From a virus (taxonomy: Duplodnaviria > Caudoviricetes): a stretch of 64,000 nt of DNA. The DNA is taken from positions 47,405-111,404 of IMG/VR virus record IMGVR_UViG_3300034071_000801, one strand, 5' to 3'. This document shows, in pieces, positions 56,601-64,000 of this stretch; the first letter of the stretch is position 1, and each line of letters starts with the position of its first letter. Below the pieces are notes generated by a model. That model was not told the origin of the DNA, ran no database searches, and saw only the letters and a list, made by a program, of their open reading frames with translations. A program made the position numbers and the translations under genes.

Positions 56601-59600
56601 TTGATGCAGAACAAGATAAATTAGAATTGTCTTCTGCAGATGTAGAAACTACTTTTGTTGAACCAGGTGAACATGTTGGTTCAGAAGATAAGAGAAAAGA
56701 TGTTGATATATTATTTCTTGCTACATCTAGTCCTTCTGAAGATACAGCTGGTGAATATGTAAATAACTTACCACATGTAAAAAGATCAAGAAAATTCTTA
56801 AATAATGCTAAGTTTTCTAAGAATAGAGGTGACATGAAAGTTATTATTGTCACTCCTAATAATGCAGAAGAATTAGGACTAGAAGGAATTGTACAGCTTT
56901 CATTTGATAAACAAATAGGAGACACTCTTACTGAAGATGAGACTAATGTTGAGATGGGTTTTATGGCTCAGGTATATATTGTACAAACACCTGAAGGAAA
57001 TTTCTTTGTTGATGAAAATGGTAATAAATTAAGTAAAGTTGGTGAAAAAAATCCTACTATACTAAATCATGTTATCTTTCAAACAATGACTTCTGCTAGT
57101 CTTTATACAGAAGGAGGATATGAGAAAGTTAGAGCTGGTCAAGAAAAAGAAGCTGAAAGAGCTCTTGAAGCTTATAAGATATTTAGAGAAGATGTATTTG
57201 CTCAAAAGGGATACACTCCTTATCCATTTGCTATATCAAGAGGAATACCTAGAAAAAATATAGTTAATGATGTATATGAAGATAATCATATGTCTGATAT
57301 ACTTGGTCCAGATGCAGAAGATATTATTGCTAATCATGATAACTTAATCACTGTAGTTACAACAGGTAAACATGAACACAATGGAGAGCTTTTAACTTTT
57401 GATAAAGGAACAACATTAATTCAATATGGTGATCTTTTAGATTTTGCAAACAATAAAAATGTTACAAACAAACAAGCAAATAATATATTTGCTGTAATAG
57501 ATGCATTAGCAAAAGACTTAATTGAAAAATCTAATAGTGGTAAACCTGTAAAATTAAACTATAACTATTCTAAATTTTTACAAAACGTTTTATATTGGAG
57601 ATCTAAAGCAGATACATCTACACCTAGTCAAATAGGTATAGATACTAATGCAATGGAATTTAGAATTGGTGATAAATCATTTCCACTATCTGCAATTCCT
57701 AATAGTAAAAAAGAAATAATAGATGCTCTACAAGATGCATTCATTACAATCAATAACAAGACATTAGCTGAAGGAACTTCTAAAAAGTTTACAGAATATG
57801 TTGTAGATAAAGATGGTGCTTTAAAACCTATTGTTTGGAAGAATTATCAATCATATTTATTATCTAGTAAAAATCCTGATGGTTCTTCTCGTTCAACAGA
57901 AGATACACCATTGATTACACATACAGCTAAACCAACAGAAAACAATAATGCATATAAACAAAAATATACATTTATAACAGATAAAAATATTCTTCCTTAT
58001 GATAGAGTTCCAGTTAAAGAAGAAACAGAAGAAGAGATCACTGTTGAAGAAGATGATGATATTGTTGGTGAATATAAATTAGATGGAGAAAAAGTTAATA
58101 CATCTAGTATTATAAATGCAGGTCCTATATCATTTACAGGAAAGATAATTAAAGCTAACGGTGAAAGTGTTGTTGAAGTAGAAATACTTGATAATGATAC
58201 TATTAAAAAACTTACTACAGATCGCCCATTAATAAATGCAATTGATGCTAACTTAACTGCTATTGCAAATAATCCAGTCACTGAATCTACTGTACCAGAT
58301 AATATAAAAGCAGCATTAGGTAAAGATCTTTTATTAGATGAAAAAGCAAAACTATTTGCTAATATAAGAGTTAGTAGAGAGATAACAGATTTAGCAAATG
58401 CTCCTAAACAAGAAGCTCCTAAAGCTAAAAAGAAAGAAGCTCCTAAACCTGAAAAAGTTGTTGAAACTGAGAAACAACTTTCTGTAATGAATAATTTAAA
58501 AGATAAATCTGGAGAACTATATATTCAATCAGATACAACAGATTCAATTAGTAATCATTATGAATTTATAATAAAGAATGGTAAAGTAGTAAGTGGTAGA
58601 TATAAAACTTATTTTCAAGGTGAATATAGAGATCGAAAAACTGATGATGATGTAAAAGATTCTGAAACTAAATTAAAAGAGTTATTAGAAAGACCATATA
58701 TATATAATGATTATCTTTCTAAATCTTCTGAGTTTACTGAAGAAGGAACTAATATAAAAACTTCATTAACTGAACTAGCTGCTTTGGGAAAAGCTCCAGT
58801 AGCAGAAGAAGTTTCTGATATAGAAGCTAAGAAAGCTGATATAGAAAAAAGAAGAAATGAGCAATTATCTAAAACATCTATTGCAGATGGAAATGGTTTT
58901 TCATATCCTGAAAGTACTAGAGCAAAAGAAATCAATGCTAAATATGATGCTGAGTTAGCTGCTTTAGAAGGAGCTAAAGAAGAAAAACCATTTAATTCTT
59001 CTTTTAAATTTAAAAGTAAAGAAGGTCCTTCTGAATTTAGAAGAACAGGTAAAGATGGTGGTGAAAGAATGACCAATGCTGAATTAGAGATATTCAAAGA
59101 ATGGCATGCTGAGAATGTTCCATTTATTCCTTTTGAAATATTAGAAAATATTATTGAAAGAGGAGATATAAAAGCATGGGGTGTATTTGAAGATGGTGTA
59201 GCTAAATTTGTTAGAGGTGGTCTTAAAGGAACAGAGTATCATGAAGTGTTTGAAGCTATATGGGCTGACTTCTTAACAGAAGAAGAGAAAAATAACTTAC
59301 TAACTGAATTTAAAAATAAAAAAGGAGAATTCACAGATAGACAATCTGGTAAAAAATATAGTTATTCAGATCCTTACCTATCTGATAAAATCATTAAAGA
59401 AAGAATAGCTGATGACTTTGCTGATTTTAGATTAGGTAAATTACCATCTATATCATTAGGGGAAGCTATACGTAAATTCTTTATGAAGATAGTAGATTTC
59501 TTCAAAGCATTTATTATCAATCCTTCATTGAAAAATGAATTGTTTAATGCAATTGATTCTGGTAAGTTTAAAGAAACAAAATTATCACAGAGAGCTAAAT

Positions 59601-62600
59601 CTATGGCTCCTGAATATAGAGCAATAGAAGGACTTACTGAGCAGCAAACCAATGAGTTTATACAAGACATGGTTGCTAATGTTAAACTTATTATTTTTAG
59701 AGAAGGAAGAAAAGATCTTTTATTTAATCCTGAGAAACTTACAGGACAAGAAGTGTTTACACAAGTTAGAGAAAAATATGAAGATCTTGGGGCAGTTGAA
59801 TCATTAGGTGAAAAAAGATACAATGAACTTGTTAAAAGATCTATTGAATTCTTAAGAACAACAGGTATAACATTCAATGCAGAAGAAGCTGTTTCTATAA
59901 ATAATGAAGATGCTAACAATAGAGAATATACACCAGATCCTTTTTCTGTAGATTGGAAAAAGCATTCTACAGGTGCACTTAAGTTTTTGTTATCTACATT
60001 AACTGAAAGAAAAGCATTGAATCAAACAAATGTAGAAAAAGGTAAAGAGTTAAAACCTGCTGAACAAAATCTTTCAGATATTGGAGGATTAAAACTTTTA
60101 AATTTCAATAGAGTGTTTGCTACATTGTTAGACAGACTTCATAATACAAATGATCCTGCTGAGTTTACTAATAAACTTATACAGCTTGCAAAAGAAGATT
60201 CAAACTATCTTCCTGTATTTGCAGCTTTAGGAGGAAATAGAGAAACGCATACATTTAATTTTGACTTATTTAAAGAGTCAGATTGGAGATTGTTTATTCA
60301 ATTCTTTAATACATTCACAAGACAAAAGCCTGAAGCATTAATTCAATATGTTTCTGAAGAAGGAGATGTATATACAGGAAATGCAAATATATTCACAGTA
60401 GTAAAACAAACTGTTGATTCTTGGGTAGATAACATGAAAGTGTTAGGTAAAGCTACTGGTGGATTAATAAACTATGACAAAGCTAATAAAGTTTATAAAA
60501 TAAATACAGTAGCAATTGCAGGTCTTCCTATTAAGAAATCTAATGATATGTTAGACTTTTTATCTAAGATAGGTATAGAGTTTTCTGCAGGAACTTATGA
60601 AGCATTAAGCGATAGAGAAACTATTATAAAAGGAAAGGTAACAACTGAGAAAAAATTATTTGTTGGTGCTGTTAATTCTATATATACACAATTAGGAAAG
60701 AATAATACATTAATGACATTTGATGCTAAGAGATTAGATATTGGTGGACCATTAAGAGTATTAGCAGGTCTTCATACTAAAGTGAATAATCCTAATCAAG
60801 ATTCTACATATTTTGGTGTAGAAGGACAACGTATTGGTTCATTCTCAGAAAACAATGCTCCTTCTTATTTTGAAAATACATTTAATGAATCTAAGACATT
60901 AGATGAGCTTTTGCAAAAAATGCCTCAATTAAATGATGTGTATTCTAGAGGAAGTGAAATATTAAAACCAGGTGGACTTTTCTTTGATAAATATAGAAAC
61001 AGAATTGCTGAACTTAAAGTGGAATATATTCAAGGAAGCAAGAATGAGAGTACTGGAAAAAATAAATCTACAGCTAAATTAGGACTTGGTGAGAGATTTG
61101 TCCAAGAGATAAATCAAAACATCAATGGTAAATACTATGTTCTTATTCCTGGTGATAGTTCAACAGAATGGATGATGAGCTTAGGTAATGTTATTTCTAT
61201 GGATGATGTTATCTCTGGTGATCATTGGGACAAGGTTCATAACATTTACAGTAATTATTTAATTGATGATATAAAACTAGCATTAGAAGATAGAAAACAA
61301 AATCTATATACAAGAGCTAAGTCTCAAGAACTTAGAATCATGAGAGATATTCTTCCTCAAGATATTGTTGAAGCTATTGAAAAAATGATTAAAGATGAAG
61401 ATTCATTTGATAAAATTGAAAAATACATTGATAAGAATAGAAATAAAATAGATAATGCTGTAACTTATTTCATAGAAGATCTATCAGAAGAAACATTTAA
61501 AACATTAGTTGAGTCTAATCAAATAGCAATGGTTGGAGAAGATGAATACTATCTTACTAAATTTGATACAGAGTTCTTAAAGAAATATAAATTAGATGGT
61601 AAAGTTACACGTGATGAAGCGATGAATCTTATAAACTTTGCTAATATCAACTATGAGATAAACAATCAAGAATACCACAAAGTATTATTTGGAGATCCTT
61701 ATCAGTTTAAAACTGAGAAAGGAAAACTAGATGAAACAAAACGTATTAAATCATTTTTATCTGGTAGAAGAAGAACTTTTGATACTCCTGAATACAATAA
61801 CTTCTTAAAAAGACAATATAACTCTGTAGGAGATATTAAGTTAGATGAGAAAGCTCCTGGTTATCATTCTTACAAATCATACACTAACACTATTACATTT
61901 AGTAATATAGACATTGTTGGTAGTGTTGCTATGATGCCAAATGTTCCAAATGAAATTAAAGAGGTGTATGCTAAAACAGATGAATCAGATGCAATGTCTT
62001 GGTTGATGGATAATACACATAAAGAAATTGCTTTAAAAGAAGGACAGTGGACTTCTCAAGCTGAAGCATTTCATCAATGGCACATGGCTTATACAAGAAG
62101 AGCATATGATGCTAGAGAAGATATTGAATGGACTTATGGTGACAACACTGAATTAAAAGCAAAAGATGCAGCATTATTAAAATTTGATATGCCTAAGCAT
62201 AAACTTGCTGTAAGAAAACCTATTATCTCTGGAAACAAAGCTGATAAAAAAGAAATAGATCTTGTATTAGATAAGACATCTCAAATGCCTTTGTACTATC
62301 ACATGGTAGAAGGAACTAGTTTACAAAAAATGTATGACAATATGTTCAAACAAAATATTGGATATAGTATTGTTGTATCTGGTAGAAAGGTAGGAGCACA
62401 AGATCTTCATAACGTATATGATGCTAATGGTGACTTTAACAATTCTGAATATGGAAAAAACAACATAGTTGAGGTTCCTTGGAAGATATATGGTACACAA
62501 GTAGAAACTATGTCTGAAGGAGAGAAAGTTCAAACAAGAGGCTCTCAGCTTACAAAATTATCTACTGTAGATCTTTATGAGAATGGTGAAGCAATTGGTG

Positions 62601-64000
62601 CAACTCCTGAAAGAAAAGAAGTAATTAAAAATGCTGTTGAAAGAAATACAAAAGTGTTAAATCTTTTAAATTTAAATGCATATAATGAGTTATTAAATAA
62701 AATTGGTGTTGTAGATCTTGGTGATGGATATGCTCTTGAAGATAATAAGAGAATATCTGAAACATTGATGTATGAGATGATGAGAAGAGATCTTTCTGAG
62801 AATGCTAAAGATACAATTCAATTAGATGATAATGGTGAGTTTCCTATGCCATTTGAAGCTTCTCCTTCATATTTCCAAATTAAAAGTATTTTATATTCAT
62901 TAGTTAATAAAGCATTAATATCTCCATCAATGAGTGGAGCTCCTCATGTACAAGCTCCTGTTACAATGTTTGAAAAAGCTACAGAAGGAAGAAGTCTTGC
63001 AAGAAAAACTGATGAAGGTTGGGTGAAGATTACTAAAGCTCAATATGCTGCTCTTACAGAAGAAGAAAAGAAGAGTGTGATGCTTACAGATGATACACTT
63101 AAATTCTATGAAGATGAAGATGGAAAACGCTATTGTGAAGTGATGCTCCCTCATTGGTTTAAAGATAAATTTGGAAAGAAAACTGATGAACAAATTCTTG
63201 AATATTTAAAAACAGATGAAGGTAAAAAGATATTAACTGGTATAGGATTTAGAATTCCTACACAAGCTTTATCTTCTGTTGAGGTGTTTAGAGTGAAAGG
63301 ATTCCTTCCACAATATATGGGAAGCACTGTAATAGTTCCTTCAGAGATTACTTCTAAAGCAGGATCGGATTTTGATATTGATAAGTTGAACATGTATCTT
63401 AAATCTATATACACTGATGTTAATGGTAATGTTAAATTAATTACATATAAAGGATCTGAACAAGCTACAAAAGCTTTTTATAGTAAAGTGTATGAAGATA
63501 CAATCCAAAAAGAAATTGATAAAATTGAAAAGTATGATGATTTTAGATCAACAACAATTGATGTATTAAGAATAATAGAATCAGCTAGTGAACAATCTGT
63601 TACAGACATTGGTTCATTAATGACTAATGATCAAATAGATTTTTATAATTATCATTCTAAACTTTTACAAAATATAATAGAACAAGCAGCTGAGAAAAAC
63701 TTAAGTCCTTCTGAATATATTGTTAATCAGCAAGAGAATTTAAATGCAAATAAAGATAAACTTTCATTGAATCAACTTAATCAACAATTAAAAAATGATT
63801 ATGCAAATACAATGTATAAGAAATCTCTTGAGAATGAATATTATGATTCATTAGAAGAACTTCTTACACTTAAAGAAAACTTTATCAAATTGATTACACC
63901 TGTTGATGATGCAGGATTAGAAAAAATGTCTGAGTTATTAGATAATAAAAGAGGATATACAGAATCAAAAATTAAAGGAAGACTTATTAATAGAAACTAC
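53657..64000 (+). CDS. Giant virion RNA polymerase-containing protein (partial, at least 3448 codons; not in ORF track)
   Basis: ATG 53657 (MPIFDNEL); in-frame GFRIPTQ and AGSDFDIDKL (first Asp codon 63368, residue 3238), the catalytic motif of phi14:2 gp66-type RNAPs; absence of any closed + strand ORF in the track implies an unbroken frame. Confidence 0.9.
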   Translation, partial: MPIFDNELIDNTSDREIRLPQAPLGSPVTREINTDMGGNWGNSNRNKVEMGLSLDELANVQAPTQTSFDKPFSSVSAKTLLDNKRYPMYERDVDLENIYGLQQSWYTKLGHSLVKAGVTAAGTFAQSLTDIPNTISALKNGSMADLSGNPDGYEGSIDNWIKNFEDILPNYMTREEKEHPYLAMIPFAPGSANFWGESVIKNLGFTAGAIAGAVVQDAAIGAVTEGVGAVPLLANQIGKTALWINKLAGGTNKVESVLDLARTLGKTEKQLLKIQQLGNIAQSQKVLNGARYGIISWGSAQTEAGVEARDGYRHVKEQLIQEYRDKNFGEEPIGQSLQEIEDYSTNAMNTRFGINMALLTVSNAVQFDNLFKSFTTAQKGVTGSLTRGIGESGKVGLKEGSIDVFEKKAVTGAKDRVWDFVKPKLPNILSEGVYEEGGQYAAEKGTYDYYTRKYKNLNNPVKKQNWDDLNEIVSSTTYGLSEQFNSTEGINNMIVGGLTAMLIGGGQSIYDRAKGQGQDARLNSSVSMLNRYGMTGILSDKYDNTLNSIGIAKEMNAAAESGDIFRYKNLKNDMFFNFVQSRIPSGMHDVTIEQLSMLKDLDKEDFQKTFGMDFNSSNQKTVNGYVDSLIEKANDINKTSEAINATFKNPFTPSTDPKTPEAVSENFNHDTFESWKTDLNYYASIKDDVNHRLDSIQDKVSQINPLLDNDTLASITDADSLKELSRSYEERANQLNKTITEYTTPADKKATREQVKALRTQSEKINLALNSKSLDLKTFHSLLNFELNNQDGKKDDVVGLENASELYVYGADINKNSEHKKAASVAFDNLSTEEGFDKYFKQAKDIADNQVAAEEADKTVTGPTFVNSEKQQEPLEVNREYEVKATKKATINKIAEDRYEVVAPDGTSSFYKTEEQAKEEAKDLTDENTNLSKVKVLATNEDGTVKVEDVNGDILNIDPSRLQGYAKIKTQEEKLGKDKEVIDAEQDKLELSSADVETTFVEPGEHVGSEDKRKDVDILFLATSSPSEDTAGEYVNNLPHVKRSRKFLNNAKFSKNRGDMKVIIVTPNNAEELGLEGIVQLSFDKQIGDTLTEDETNVEMGFMAQVYIVQTPEGNFFVDENGNKLSKVGEKNPTILNHVIFQTMTSASLYTEGGYEKVRAGQEKEAERALEAYKIFREDVFAQKGYTPYPFAISRGIPRKNIVNDVYEDNHMSDILGPDAEDIIANHDNLITVVTTGKHEHNGELLTFDKGTTLIQYGDLLDFANNKNVTNKQANNIFAVIDALAKDLIEKSNSGKPVKLNYNYSKFLQNVLYWRSKADTSTPSQIGIDTNAMEFRIGDKSFPLSAIPNSKKEIIDALQDAFITINNKTLAEGTSKKFTEYVVDKDGALKPIVWKNYQSYLLSSKNPDGSSRSTEDTPLITHTAKPTENNNAYKQKYTFITDKNILPYDRVPVKEETEEEITVEEDDDIVGEYKLDGEKVNTSSIINAGPISFTGKIIKANGESVVEVEILDNDTIKKLTTDRPLINAIDANLTAIANNPVTESTVPDNIKAALGKDLLLDEKAKLFANIRVSREITDLANAPKQEAPKAKKKEAPKPEKVVETEKQLSVMNNLKDKSGELYIQSDTTDSISNHYEFIIKNGKVVSGRYKTYFQGEYRDRKTDDDVKDSETKLKELLERPYIYNDYLSKSSEFTEEGTNIKTSLTELAALGKAPVAEEVSDIEAKKADIEKRRNEQLSKTSIADGNGFSYPESTRAKEINAKYDAELAALEGAKEEKPFNSSFKFKSKEGPSEFRRTGKDGGERMTNAELEIFKEWHAENVPFIPFEILENIIERGDIKAWGVFEDGVAKFVRGGLKGTEYHEVFEAIWADFLTEEEKNNLLTEFKNKKGEFTDRQSGKKYSYSDPYLSDKIIKERIADDFADFRLGKLPSISLGEAIRKFFMKIVDFFKAFIINPSLKNELFNAIDSGKFKETKLSQRAKSMAPEYRAIEGLTEQQTNEFIQDMVANVKLIIFREGRKDLLFNPEKLTGQEVFTQVREKYEDLGAVESLGEKRYNELVKRSIEFLRTTGITFNAEEAVSINNEDANNREYTPDPFSVDWKKHSTGALKFLLSTLTERKALNQTNVEKGKELKPAEQNLSDIGGLKLLNFNRVFATLLDRLHNTNDPAEFTNKLIQLAKEDSNYLPVFAALGGNRETHTFNFDLFKESDWRLFIQFFNTFTRQKPEALIQYVSEEGDVYTGNANIFTVVKQTVDSWVDNMKVLGKATGGLINYDKANKVYKINTVAIAGLPIKKSNDMLDFLSKIGIEFSAGTYEALSDRETIIKGKVTTEKKLFVGAVNSIYTQLGKNNTLMTFDAKRLDIGGPLRVLAGLHTKVNNPNQDSTYFGVEGQRIGSFSENNAPSYFENTFNESKTLDELLQKMPQLNDVYSRGSEILKPGGLFFDKYRNRIAELKVEYIQGSKNESTGKNKSTAKLGLGERFVQEINQNINGKYYVLIPGDSSTEWMMSLGNVISMDDVISGDHWDKVHNIYSNYLIDDIKLALEDRKQNLYTRAKSQELRIMRDILPQDIVEAIEKMIKDEDSFDKIEKYIDKNRNKIDNAVTYFIEDLSEETFKTLVESNQIAMVGEDEYYLTKFDTEFLKKYKLDGKVTRDEAMNLINFANINYEINNQEYHKVLFGDPYQFKTEKGKLDETKRIKSFLSGRRRTFDTPEYNNFLKRQYNSVGDIKLDEKAPGYHSYKSYTNTITFSNIDIVGSVAMMPNVPNEIKEVYAKTDESDAMSWLMDNTHKEIALKEGQWTSQAEAFHQWHMAYTRRAYDAREDIEWTYGDNTELKAKDAALLKFDMPKHKLAVRKPIISGNKADKKEIDLVLDKTSQMPLYYHMVEGTSLQKMYDNMFKQNIGYSIVVSGRKVGAQDLHNVYDANGDFNNSEYGKNNIVEVPWKIYGTQVETMSEGEKVQTRGSQLTKLSTVDLYENGEAIGATPERKEVIKNAVERNTKVLNLLNLNAYNELLNKIGVVDLGDGYALEDNKRISETLMYEMMRRDLSENAKDTIQLDDNGEFPMPFEASPSYFQIKSILYSLVNKALISPSMSGAPHVQAPVTMFEKATEGRSLARKTDEGWVKITKAQYAALTEEEKKSVMLTDDTLKFYEDEDGKRYCEVMLPHWFKDKFGKKTDEQILEYLKTDEGKKILTGIGFRIPTQALSSVEVFRVKGFLPQYMGSTVIVPSEITSKAGSDFDIDKLNMYLKSIYTDVNGNVKLITYKGSEQATKAFYSKVYEDTIQKEIDKIEKYDDFRSTTIDVLRIIESASEQSVTDIGSLMTNDQIDFYNYHSKLLQNIIEQAAEKNLSPSEYIVNQQENLNANKDKLSLNQLNQQLKNDYANTMYKKSLENEYYDSLEELLTLKENFIKLITPVDDAGLEKMSELLDNKRGYTESKIKGRLINRNY

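Noticed and set aside
55207-63414. Minus-strand ORFs in the track across the right end
   Set aside because: Antisense shadows of the giant + strand RNAP frame, with no protein-like motifs
1-64000. Stop-codon reassignment (TAG to Gln or TGA to Trp) as in some crAss-like phages
   Set aside because: Long genes are intact in the standard code, TAG and TGA end genes at tight junctions, and no suppressor tRNA was seen

Overview
The window is an AT-rich segment of a crAss-like (Crassvirales/phi14:2-type) podophage genome. The host is very probably a member of Bacteroidota, given TTTG-N19-21-TAnnTTTG promoters, A-rich translation starts and a tmRNA with a GGC resume codon. Bases 1-17.1 kb are transcribed leftward: a family B DNA polymerase, a MoxR AAA+/VWA pair and many small ORFs. 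Bases 17.6-64 kb are transcribed rightward: terminase, portal, scaffold, major capsid, tRNA-Met, Cys/Thr-rich tail and decoration proteins, cargo proteins, and a >3448-codon virion RNA polymerase ORF (DFDID motif) that runs off the window and is missing from the ORF track. The most striking part is an apparent non-coding RNA operon on the minus strand (about 8490-10408). In transcription order it holds a consensus host promoter, a ~590-nt highly structured ORF-free RNA, a tmRNA, a tRNA-like element with a 6-nt anticodon loop, a further ~150-nt structured segment and a terminator. The tmRNA encodes an unusually long 37-aa ...LAA tag, and its T-loop is split by a group I intron carrying an antisense LAGLIDADG endonuclease gene. 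All calls come from reading the sequence by eye; no searches or folding programs were run, and structural-gene names based on synteny are tentative.
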